Below are positions 48,922 to 57,232 of a stretch of DNA of 64,000 nucleotides, piece by piece. The DNA is from Verrucomicrobiales bacterium. Lineage in GTDB: Bacteria; Verrucomicrobiota; Verrucomicrobiia; Limisphaerales; UBA1100. Position numbers and translations under genes: made by a program. The notes beneath the pieces were generated by a model. It was not told the DNA's origin. It saw only the letters and a program-made list of their open reading frames with translations, and did not search any database. The DNA lies in NCBI GenBank assembly GCA_038139415.1, contig JAYOSV010000004.1, positions 6,233 through 70,232 on the forward strand. Direction: 5' to 3'. How positions within the stretch are numbered: the stretch's first letter is position 1; every line of letters begins with the position of its first letter.

Positions 48922-51879
48922 ATGCGCAACACGCTCGTCATCGGTGCTCTGCTCGCCGGCTGTCTGTCCTCACTGGCGGAGGCGCCGCTGACGCCCAAGC
49001 AGCTGGAGTTTTTTGAGAAAAACATCCGGCCCGTGCTGGCCACGCAATGTTACTCCTGCCACAGCGCCGCCGAGGGTAAGGACAAGGGCGGGCTCACTCT
49101 CGATACCCGCGATGCCCTCCGCAAGGGCGGCGACAGCGGCGAAGTCATCATCCCGGGCGATCCTAAAAACAGCCTGCTAATCAAGGCGATGAAATGGGAT
49201 CCCACCGAGGGTCTCGAGATGCCGCCCAAGACCAAGCTGGACGAGGCCACGCTGGCCGATTTCGAGGCCTGGGTGGCCATGGGTGCGCCCGATCCCCGCG
49301 AAGGTAAGGCGGCCTCGATCAAGAAAGTGTTCTGGACCCAGGAACAAGTCGACAATCACTGGGCCTATCAACCCATCGCCAAGCCCGTGCCGCCTACCGT
49401 GAAGGGGGACTGGGCCCGCACTCCGGTCGACCGCTTCATCCGTGCCAAGCACGAGACCGCTGGCCTGCAACCAGCCAAGCCTGCCGACAAACGCACTCTC
49501 ATCCGGCGCGCGTACTATGATCTGATCGGGTTGCCGCCCACCATGGCCGAGGTGGAGGCGTTTGAGAAAGACACGATGCCTAACTCTTTCAACAAGGTGA
49601 TCAATCAGCTGCTAGAGCGCCCCGAATACGGCGAGCGCTGGGGCCGTTACTGGCTGGATATAGCGCGATACGCTGATACCAGCGGCGATCGAACTGGAGG
49701 CAATCGTCGTAATCCAATTTATCCTTACGCGTGGACTTATCGCGATTACGTCATACGCGCTTTCAATGAAGACAAGCCGTTCAACGACTTTATAATCGAA
49801 CAAATTGCGGCTGATCAGGTCGATATCAATGATCAGCGAGATCTTGCCGCTCTCGGTTATCTTACCGTCGGCAAGCGTTTTGATAATGACGTTAACGAAA
49901 TTATTGATGACCGTATTGATGTGGTGGGCAAAGGCTTCATGGGCCTCACGCTCGCCTGCGCCCGCTGTCATGATCACAAGTTCGATCCTATCCCCACCGC
50001 GGACTACTATTCTCTGCACGGTGTATTCGCTAGTTCGCGCGATGCCACGTCATTGATTGAGGAGGTGCAAGAGGGTGACCCGCAGTACGTCGCCTACACC
50101 ACCGCGCGCCAGAACGCCATCGACGGCTCGCGCGAGTACGGCCTTCGTGAGTACAACAAAATGCTAACGCGGTTTACTAAGGAATCCGGCAAATACTTGT
50201 TTGAAACGCAACGATTCATTGACGGTAAAACCAAAGCCAAACAGGCACCCACCGCCGCCACCGCCGCCGGGCTAAACGGCACGGCTTTTCAAAGCTGGGT
50301 GACCGCCCTGCAGAACGCTAAGCGCCGACCCAATCGTGTGTTTGGCCCTTGGTTCTTTTTTGCCAAGCTGCCGAACGCTCAGATCGCCGCGCGTACACCC
50401 GCGCAATGGGAGCGGTTGAAGACTCAGAAAACGGTAAACCCGATCCTCGCCAAGGCTCTCGCCGAGGCGCAGCCCAAGAGCCTGCGCGAGATCGCTGGGG
50501 TGTATCAGGAAGTGTTCCTCGACATCGAGAAACGCATGGGCGGCCAATACCCCACCGCCAACATCGTCACCGCGTTCAACATGGGCTTCCGCTTTCGCAC
50601 CGCGGCCGATGCCGCGAAAATTAAAGGCATGCCCGAGCCACTGGCCGAGCCGGCGGCGGAGGAAATCCGTCGGGTAGCCTTCGGCTACCGATCCGCGCTA
50701 GGCATGGATCCACGCAGTTTTAACCGCCTTGGCGGCAACCGCGTGCGTAACCGGCAAGTGGCGATGTTTTACCGCACGACCGGTTTGGATCTGACTCACC
50801 CCGGATCTCCGGCCAAGGCCATGGCGTTGGAGGATATTCGGACCCCGCGGGACTCGCGCATCTTCATCCGCGGCGAGCGCACCAATTTGGGCGACCGTGT
50901 GCCTCGCCAGTTTCTCAAACTCATCGAAGGCGAGGATCGCGAGCCGTTTAGCGAAGGCTCCGGCCGATTGGAGCTCGCGCAATCGATCGCCAGCAAGGAC
51001 AATCCGCTGACCGCCCGCGTGATGGTGAACCGTGTGTGGCAATGGCATTTCGGCGAGGGCATCGTGCGCACCCCAAGCGATTTTGGACTGCGCAGTGACG
51101 CCCCGAGCCATCCGGATCTGCTCGACTGGCTGGCGCGCCGGTTCATGGCCGAGGGCTGGTCCATCAAGCAACTGCACCGGCTGATCATGAACTCCGCCGT
51201 GTATCAGCAAAGCGCGACGAACGATCCGGCCTACGGCAAGATCGATCCGAACAACGCCCTGCTCTATAAATGGAATTTGCGCCGTCTGGATTTCGAGTCG
51301 ATGCGCGATACCCTGCTCGTGTTGGGCGACAACCTCGACCCCGCCCAGGGCGGACGTCCGGTCCGGCAAGTCGGGACGCCGCGCCGCACGGTGTATGGAT
51401 ACGTGGATCGGGCCGCCTTGCCGGACATGTATCAGGTGTTCGACTTTGCTAACCCGGACATGAGTACTGCCGAGCGCGTGGAAACTATCGTGCCACAGCA
51501 GGCGTTGTTCATGATGAATAGCCAAAGCGTACTGCAACAGGCCCGCCGTCTGGCGGCTCGTTCCGAAGTGGCGCAGGCCGAGCGGGTGGAAGACAAGGTG
51601 CAGGCGTTGTACGAGCTCGTGTTTCAACGGGCCCCCACGCCCAAGGAACTGCAGTCCGCTGCGGCGTTCGTAAAAAACCAGCCGCCCTTGCCGGCCTACC
51701 GCCGGACCCAATACCAGCGGCAGACACAGGCCGCCCGCGAACGTGCCAAGGCTTACACCAAACGCTACAACCGCCCCGCGCCCGCCGCCATCTTCAACAA
51801 CATCCCCATCCCCATGAGCCCAGTCGACAAGCTGGCCCAGGTGCTCCTGGAAACTAACGAATTCCTCTACGTGCAGTAG
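48922..51879 (+). CDS. PSCyt1 (planctomycete cytochrome c, CxxCH) / DUF1549 / DUF1553 domain protein
   Basis: 985 aa. Signal peptide, CYSCHSAAEGKDKGGLTLDTRD (haem-binding CxxCH), DUF1549 RRAYYDLIGLPPTMAEV, CARCHDHKFDP, DUF1553 C-terminus LLETNEFLYVQ. Confidence 0.9.
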   Translation: MRNTLVIGALLAGCLSSLAEAPLTPKQLEFFEKNIRPVLATQCYSCHSAAEGKDKGGLTLDTRDALRKGGDSGEVIIPGDPKNSLLIKAMKWDPTEGLEMPPKTKLDEATLADFEAWVAMGAPDPREGKAASIKKVFWTQEQVDNHWAYQPIAKPVPPTVKGDWARTPVDRFIRAKHETAGLQPAKPADKRTLIRRAYYDLIGLPPTMAEVEAFEKDTMPNSFNKVINQLLERPEYGERWGRYWLDIARYADTSGDRTGGNRRNPIYPYAWTYRDYVIRAFNEDKPFNDFIIEQIAADQVDINDQRDLAALGYLTVGKRFDNDVNEIIDDRIDVVGKGFMGLTLACARCHDHKFDPIPTADYYSLHGVFASSRDATSLIEEVQEGDPQYVAYTTARQNAIDGSREYGLREYNKMLTRFTKESGKYLFETQRFIDGKTKAKQAPTAATAAGLNGTAFQSWVTALQNAKRRPNRVFGPWFFFAKLPNAQIAARTPAQWERLKTQKTVNPILAKALAEAQPKSLREIAGVYQEVFLDIEKRMGGQYPTANIVTAFNMGFRFRTAADAAKIKGMPEPLAEPAAEEIRRVAFGYRSALGMDPRSFNRLGGNRVRNRQVAMFYRTTGLDLTHPGSPAKAMALEDIRTPRDSRIFIRGERTNLGDRVPRQFLKLIEGEDREPFSEGSGRLELAQSIASKDNPLTARVMVNRVWQWHFGEGIVRTPSDFGLRSDAPSHPDLLDWLARRFMAEGWSIKQLHRLIMNSAVYQQSATNDPAYGKIDPNNALLYKWNLRRLDFESMRDTLLVLGDNLDPAQGGRPVRQVGTPRRTVYGYVDRAALPDMYQVFDFANPDMSTAERVETIVPQQALFMMNSQSVLQQARRLAARSEVAQAERVEDKVQALYELVFQRAPTPKELQSAAAFVKNQPPLPAYRRTQYQRQTQAARERAKAYTKRYNRPAPAAIFNNIPIPMSPVDKLAQVLLETNEFLYVQ

Positions 51880-51901
51880 GGTTTTGTGGTAAGTTAACTC
51901 C

Positions 51902-52072
51902 ATGAACGACGACCCCAAAACCGAATCGAGCAAGGAATCCCCGCTGGCGACTGATTCCGCCGCGCCGACTCAGTCTGATGAGACAGAAACGGCGGAGCCT
52001 TCGGCAGAGGATCAAATGGCGGCGTACGAGGATGATTTGAAAAACACGGACTGGGGGCATCAACCCTGTTGA
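51902..52072 (+). CDS. Candidate small acidic protein (56 aa) ending in ...NTDWGHQPC
   Basis: ATG 22 nt after the DUF1553 stop and in-frame TGA at 52070, followed by a terminator. MNDDPKTESSKESPLATDSAAPTQSDETETAEPSAEDQMAAYEDDLKNTDWGHQPC. Below the ORF-track length cut-off. No homology evidence. Confidence 0.3.
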   Translation: MNDDPKTESSKESPLATDSAAPTQSDETETAEPSAEDQMAAYEDDLKNTDWGHQPC

Positions 52073-52092
52073 GTCACAAACTGACTCAAAGG

Positions 52093-52126
52093 AAAAAGGC
52101 GGGCCAAATAGCCCGCCTTTCTTGTT
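52093..52126. terminator. Bidirectional rho-independent terminator between convergent genes
   Basis: GGCGGGC (52098-104), loop caaata, GCCCGCC (52111-17). Flanked by AAAAA upstream and TTTCTTGTT downstream. Confidence 0.65.
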
Positions 52127-52139
52127 GCCAGAATTCGGT

Positions 52140-53855
52140 CTAATGCAGCTCGGACGCCTTGGCCTTCACGAGGGCGTGCATCTTGGCCAGTGTGCCAGCC
52201 AGAGAATTGGATTGGTGCTGGCCGAACACTACTGCGCCGGCCGGGGAAACACCCGTGATGACGTGGCAATATTGGTTGTTGGCCATAATGCCTAATAACT
52301 CGCCAGTTTGACTGAAGACCAGATCGCCCTGAGAAGGGCTGAAGTCACCCATAATTGAGCGCACCAGACTTTTGTCGAACTTCACATAGTCACGGTTGCG
52401 CGGATCCATCCGGAAGACCACTTCGCCGAAGCTCCGGCCATCGCGCTTCATAATAAATGCTTTGGGAAACTTAAACGGCTTGGCGGCCAGCTTGTAGGGC
52501 TTCACACCCAGTGCTTTGACCTGCGGGGAATCCGGCGGTCCCACTGGGGCAATCACGATGCGTGGATCGCTCTTTAAGAAACGTACGTGGTGAAGAGGTT
52601 GTGCTCCCGTATTGGGGCCGGAAAGCGAGGCGGCTGATTCACGCCAGCCCAGTGCATTGGCCGCCAATCTATAGGGTGTTTCACGGACGTGAGTAATGGC
52701 GTGGATGTACGGACTGTTTTTGCGGGTGGCCGGGTCGTATTCCAACACCTCGATGAGGATGGTGTTGCTTTCCTTTTTGGGTTTGGAAAGCGTCCGGGCG
52801 GCGGTGGTCAGGAGATTCACCCGGTTTTGCGAATACAACGTAGCCATCATGTTGGCGTTGATGGGTTGATCGGGAATCTTCTTAGCAATCTCATCGCGCA
52901 ACTGTTGGGCGGCGGCCTGGGCAATTTCCTTGTCCTGTTTTTCATTGATGACCGCCTTGGTGAGTTCTTGTTTCTCAGCGCTGGTGGCGGCCAAGGCCTG
53001 TTCCACTTGCGCCTTGGCTTTCGTGGTGGCGACCACTTGGGCCTGGGCTGTCTCAACGCGTTTTAAAGCGGTATTAGCTATCGTGTTGGCCGCTTGAACT
53101 CGTTTCTCAGCCATGGATTCTACTTTTGCGATTTGTGCCTGAGCGTTGCTCTTGGCTGCCTGAGCCTCGGCATTGGCTGTGGCTGCGCGGGTGTTGGCAG
53201 TGGCGGCAACCTGCTGGGCCGCCTTGGCTTCAGTCTTGGCGGCAGTGGCGGCTTGTTTTTCCCGCTCGGCAATGGCCTCAGCGGCCCGGAGTTCAGCGGA
53301 AAGGTCGCTGACCTTGGCTTTCTCGTCATTGAGACTGACATTTAGGTCGCCGATACTGGCGGTTAGCTGGGAGATTCTATTGGTTAGGTCTTTGTTGTTG
53401 GTGGCGAGTTCTTCCCGTTCTTGCTTGGCTTCGGCTGCGCGTGCCTGTTGTTTTTCAAATTCCTTCAGGATGGCAAGCCGTTGGGTTTCGGTGGAGCTGA
53501 GTGCTTTTTCCTTGTCGGCGCGTGCCTGTTGCTCGGCACTTAGAGCCGCAGCCAGTTGGTTGCCCTTGATGTTGGCAGCGGCGAGTTGGTTGCCCATTTC
53601 CTCCTTGGTAGAGGTGAGCGCGTTGCGTAGGGCGGCAACGGCCGCCATCTGGTTTTTGAGATCTTCTTCGCGTTCCTTGATGCGAACGGCAGCCAGTTCG
53701 AGGTCTCGTGTTGGATCGCCCATGACACCGGCTTTTTCGGCGCCGCCCTGAGCGCGGGTTGATTCGCTTTCCTTGTCCAGTTTATCCCACGCGGTGAAGT
53801 GGATGAGATTCAGCAACAGGAAGTCGCACAGGATGAGCAGCAGTGTCTTATTCAT
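52140..53855 (-). CDS. Membrane-anchored coiled-coil protein: Asp-containing N-terminal TM helix, ~300-aa Ala/Gln/Lys/Glu coiled coil, ~235-aa C-terminal globular domain
   Basis: 571 aa. MNKTLLLILCDFLLLNLIHFTAW (D11 codon GAC at 53823-25, checked in the DNA). Long heptad-like low-complexity helix, aa ~45-325. C-terminal domain contains ITHVRE and SQGDLVFSQTGELLGIMAN. Confidence 0.7.
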   Translation of the reverse strand: MNKTLLLILCDFLLLNLIHFTAWDKLDKESESTRAQGGAEKAGVMGDPTRDLELAAVRIKEREEDLKNQMAAVAALRNALTSTKEEMGNQLAAANIKGNQLAAALSAEQQARADKEKALSSTETQRLAILKEFEKQQARAAEAKQEREELATNNKDLTNRISQLTASIGDLNVSLNDEKAKVSDLSAELRAAEAIAEREKQAATAAKTEAKAAQQVAATANTRAATANAEAQAAKSNAQAQIAKVESMAEKRVQAANTIANTALKRVETAQAQVVATTKAKAQVEQALAATSAEKQELTKAVINEKQDKEIAQAAAQQLRDEIAKKIPDQPINANMMATLYSQNRVNLLTTAARTLSKPKKESNTILIEVLEYDPATRKNSPYIHAITHVRETPYRLAANALGWRESAASLSGPNTGAQPLHHVRFLKSDPRIVIAPVGPPDSPQVKALGVKPYKLAAKPFKFPKAFIMKRDGRSFGEVVFRMDPRNRDYVKFDKSLVRSIMGDFSPSQGDLVFSQTGELLGIMANNQYCHVITGVSPAGAVVFGQHQSNSLAGTLAKMHALVKAKASELH

Positions 53856-53895
53856 GGCTGTTGGACTGGTTTGACGTTCGGGATACTCCGGGGCT

Positions 53896-55818
53896 TCAGG
53901 CCTGTTCCTGGGCTTCGATCAGCAGGGACTCTCGGGCGGGGCGCACGTGTGTGATCTTGACCAGTGCTACGCACAGGATGCCAAAAATATTGGAGGCGTA
54001 GGCAACGGAAATGCTGATATTCCAGGCAGGCATGAGAATCATGACGGCTAGGGTGAGCGCGGTGCCGGCGATACCGATGTACAAGCCCATGTCGAAGAGG
54101 TTGTCTTCGTTTTCGAGCAGGCGCAGTTTGAGGTTGGGGTCGCCTTCGCCGCGGCGAATTTCACGGATCTTGTTCACGCAGGTCTGGAAAACGAAGACCT
54201 GAATGGCTCCGAAGAGCACAAAGATGACGGCGCTGAGGATGATGTTAGTTTCCATGTCGGTTTTGTTGTTTGATTCGTTGGTGTCGGAGGGTTCTGGATT
54301 GAGTTCGCCCAGTTCGGGGACGTTTACGGCAACTTGGTATTCGGAACTGTGAACGGGCTGGAAAAAGACGGGTTCGCTAATAATGATCAGGGTGAGGCAA
54401 AGTGCGGCCGTTAGGGCGCGTCGGCGGAGGCGATAGCTATGGAGGGTTTCGTGGTCGGCGGCGGTGAGGATGGAGTAGCTGTTCCACGCGCGCATGAGGA
54501 CAAAGCAGCCGAGGGCCATGAGCACGTATTTGACCGTGAGAGCGAGCGCCGGGCGCTTGAAAGCAAACTGGGCGACGGCGCCGGGTGCGGGCGTGTTCCA
54601 TGGAGAAAGGGGCAGTTGTTTATCCAGTAGTTCGGTGAGGGCTCCATGCCCATTGCTGAGAGCGGCTTGCAACCAATCATCGCCAGGGCGCCCGTAAGTC
54701 ATGAGGTATTGGACGACGCGATCCGGGTCGTCAGACCACAGGATGGCGGCGTAAACGGCTGGGAATTCAGTGTATTGCAGGGGGATGAAGCCGATCTCCC
54801 GCCATTCATCCCGGCTAATTTCGCCGTCCATTTTGCCGTCAGCATCGGAGTATTGGTTGAAGAGGATCGGCCGGCCGAGCGGGGATTTGTTTTGAAGATG
54901 ATCCACGGTGAGGAAGTCACCAAGGTGGTCGTAATGGGCAAATTCTTTGTCGACGATTTCCAGCTTTTCAAAGTCGATGGTTTTCCATTCCTCAGGATCG
55001 ATGCGCTGATCTGAGCCGGCAATGCGGTTAAAATGATTAGTGGAGACGAGTGCAGTGCCGCCCAGTTCATCGCGGCTAATCAAACCATCCGCCGTGCTGA
55101 AGGTATCGAACGGGTAGACAATGGTTTGCAGCTTGGCGATTTTGGAGAGCTGCATGAAGGTGCGCGCTGACGAGACGCGCTCGGTCAATTCCGCCAACTG
55201 ATAAAAGCCCAGGCGCAGCCCAAGGGTAGTGACGCTATGCATCACCTGTTCGAGTTGGTTGGTTTGCTTGGTGGTTTGCAGATGCAGCAGCTCGGCGCGG
55301 AGTTCACTGTGCAGTTTGCGGCGGCTTTCGAGAAAGGCGAGCAGGGTAATTTGGGCTTCGTAATCCGGGGTGGCAGCCTTGAGGTTGAGCAGCTCCCGTG
55401 AGACGGTGCCACTGCTCAGGAGCTGCCGCTGGGATTCTGCCCGCGTCTGGGGATTGATCGTGTAATCGATGGCGTTGGCCCCGCTGGTGAGCTGGTTTTG
55501 CGGGGCTTTGTCTGGATTGTAGTTATCCTCCAACTGCAACTTCGCCATCTCGAGCAGACTGGCTACTTCGGAGGCGCCCGTTAGGGAATTGGTCTGATAG
55601 GCACTGTGAAGTTCGCCGATGGTTTTGGGTAATTCGCTTTTCGCTGAGTCACCCGAAACCTTGCCGGCTTCCGCCAGAACACGTGGATGCAGGGTTTTGT
55701 ACTGAACCGGAAAGAGCCAGCCTCCGACCAGAAGAATGGCTGCGAGCACGCCATGCACGATCAGGTGCTGAATCAAAAACGGCTTTTCCGGTTTATCCTG
55801 CAATTTGATTTCCCCCAA
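53896..55818 (-). CDS. Polytopic membrane protein with two EF-hand-like loops and a C-terminal MotA/TolQ/ExbB-like three-helix module (tentative)
   Basis: 640 aa. TM helix at aa ~15-37. DTFSTADGLISRDE (aa 238-251) and DADGKMDGEISRDE (aa 325-338). Five TM helices at aa ~425-625, including MGLYIGIAGTALTLAVMIL and ISVAYASNIFGILCVALVKI. Confidence 0.7.
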   Translation of the reverse strand: MGEIKLQDKPEKPFLIQHLIVHGVLAAILLVGGWLFPVQYKTLHPRVLAEAGKVSGDSAKSELPKTIGELHSAYQTNSLTGASEVASLLEMAKLQLEDNYNPDKAPQNQLTSGANAIDYTINPQTRAESQRQLLSSGTVSRELLNLKAATPDYEAQITLLAFLESRRKLHSELRAELLHLQTTKQTNQLEQVMHSVTTLGLRLGFYQLAELTERVSSARTFMQLSKIAKLQTIVYPFDTFSTADGLISRDELGGTALVSTNHFNRIAGSDQRIDPEEWKTIDFEKLEIVDKEFAHYDHLGDFLTVDHLQNKSPLGRPILFNQYSDADGKMDGEISRDEWREIGFIPLQYTEFPAVYAAILWSDDPDRVVQYLMTYGRPGDDWLQAALSNGHGALTELLDKQLPLSPWNTPAPGAVAQFAFKRPALALTVKYVLMALGCFVLMRAWNSYSILTAADHETLHSYRLRRRALTAALCLTLIIISEPVFFQPVHSSEYQVAVNVPELGELNPEPSDTNESNNKTDMETNIILSAVIFVLFGAIQVFVFQTCVNKIREIRRGEGDPNLKLRLLENEDNLFDMGLYIGIAGTALTLAVMILMPAWNISISVAYASNIFGILCVALVKITHVRPARESLLIEAQEQA

Positions 55819-56232
55819 TGGCCTTTAGCCAGCCTCCTTGGCGTCGCTAAAATGGACGCAATTTTCGGCCGCAATCTTCACCCCCATCACGCCCTACACA
55901 TTCATTCACAAAAATACCAAAAAGCCAAGCATGGGCTGGAGATTTTACCAGATTTTTGCTTGGCCGTCCGACGGACTCTGCTTTGAAAAAGTTTTTGAAT
56001 AAACTGACCAAGCCGGCGTCTGTCTGTGCCCCGGTTTTCCGGGTGTGTGTGGTAAAGTGGTTTTGGCCACGGGAATAAGGGATTCCAGTACCGCCGGATA
56101 CACCAGTATCCCCGAAAGACACAGGTGCCCGTTTATGGATGGGTATGCTTTCTGTTAGGTCCGGCTTTACCCAGTTATTTCAGACTCAGGGCCATCTTGC
56201 GGCATCAAGCATCCTCCGTTACCCTCCGGCCC

Positions 56233-57222
56233 ATGCAGACACGCAGGCTCGGTAATACAGATCTCAATTTCACACCCGTGGGGTTAGGTACGTGGGCTAT
56301 TGGTGGAGACGACTGGGGTATGGGCTGGGGGCCGCAGGATGAGGCCGACTCTATCGCCGCCATCCTCGAGGCGCTCGAGGCCGGCATCAACTGGATCGAT
56401 ACCGCGCACGCTTACGGCTTCGGCTTGTCCGAGGAGGTCGTTGGCAAAGCCGTCAAGGAATGGGGCCAACCGGTGACGGTGGCCACCAAGTGCGGCGTGT
56501 TGCCCAACGAGGATCGCACGCCCAACCGGTTTACCTCCCGCGCCACCATTTTGGAGGAAGTGGAAGGCTCGCTCAAACGGCTCCAGACCGACTGCATTGA
56601 TCTCTATCAACTGCACTGGCCCGAGCCTGATGAAGGTGTGGAGGAGGCCTGGCAGACGCTGCTCGATCTCCAACAACAGGGCAAAATCAAGTGGGCCGGT
56701 GTCAGTAATTACTCCGCCGCCCAGCTCCAGCGCGCCACCGCGCTCGGACCTGTTTCCTCATTGCAACCCCGCTATAGCCTGCTCAATCGCCAGATCGAGG
56801 AGGAAGGCCAGCTCGACTGGTGTGGCGCCAACAACTGCGGCATCGTTTGCTACAGTCCGATGGAGAGTGGACTGCTTACTGGCAAGGTGACCGAGGAATG
56901 GATCGCTAATCTTTCGGACACCGACTGGCGCAAGCACAAGCCCGATCATCCCGTGAGCGCCCTGCTCCATCCGCCGCGTAAGGAACCGTTCCTCAAGCTG
57001 GTGGCCACGCTGGGCGAGATCGCCGCGGGCAGCGACCACACCGTCGGCCAGCTTGCCGTGGCTTGGACTCTGCGACGGTCGGAAGTCACCAGTGCCATCG
57101 TGGGCGCGCGGCGCCCCGGTCAAATCGCCGAGACCGTGAAAGCTGGTACGTGGGCCCTGAGCGCCGAGGAACTCACCGCCATCGAGTCGGCGCACAAGGA
57201 ATTCCTGTCGGCCACGGCCTGA
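56233..57222 (+). CDS. Aldo/keto reductase
   Basis: Start at the internal Met (MQTRRLGNTDLNFTPVGLGTWAIGG). IDTAHAYG and DLYQLHWP motifs. Confidence 0.9.
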   Translation: MQTRRLGNTDLNFTPVGLGTWAIGGDDWGMGWGPQDEADSIAAILEALEAGINWIDTAHAYGFGLSEEVVGKAVKEWGQPVTVATKCGVLPNEDRTPNRFTSRATILEEVEGSLKRLQTDCIDLYQLHWPEPDEGVEEAWQTLLDLQQQGKIKWAGVSNYSAAQLQRATALGPVSSLQPRYSLLNRQIEEEGQLDWCGANNCGIVCYSPMESGLLTGKVTEEWIANLSDTDWRKHKPDHPVSALLHPPRKEPFLKLVATLGEIAAGSDHTVGQLAVAWTLRRSEVTSAIVGARRPGQIAETVKAGTWALSAEELTAIESAHKEFLSATA

Positions 57223-57232
57223 CCCCACGCTT

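Noticed and set aside
56060-56115. Imperfect direct repeat GGAT..CCAGTA.C (twice) and palindrome GGATAC-acca-GTATCC upstream of the aldo/keto reductase gene.
   Set aside because: It could be an operator, but it is a single occurrence with no regulator gene adjacent. The evidence is insufficient.
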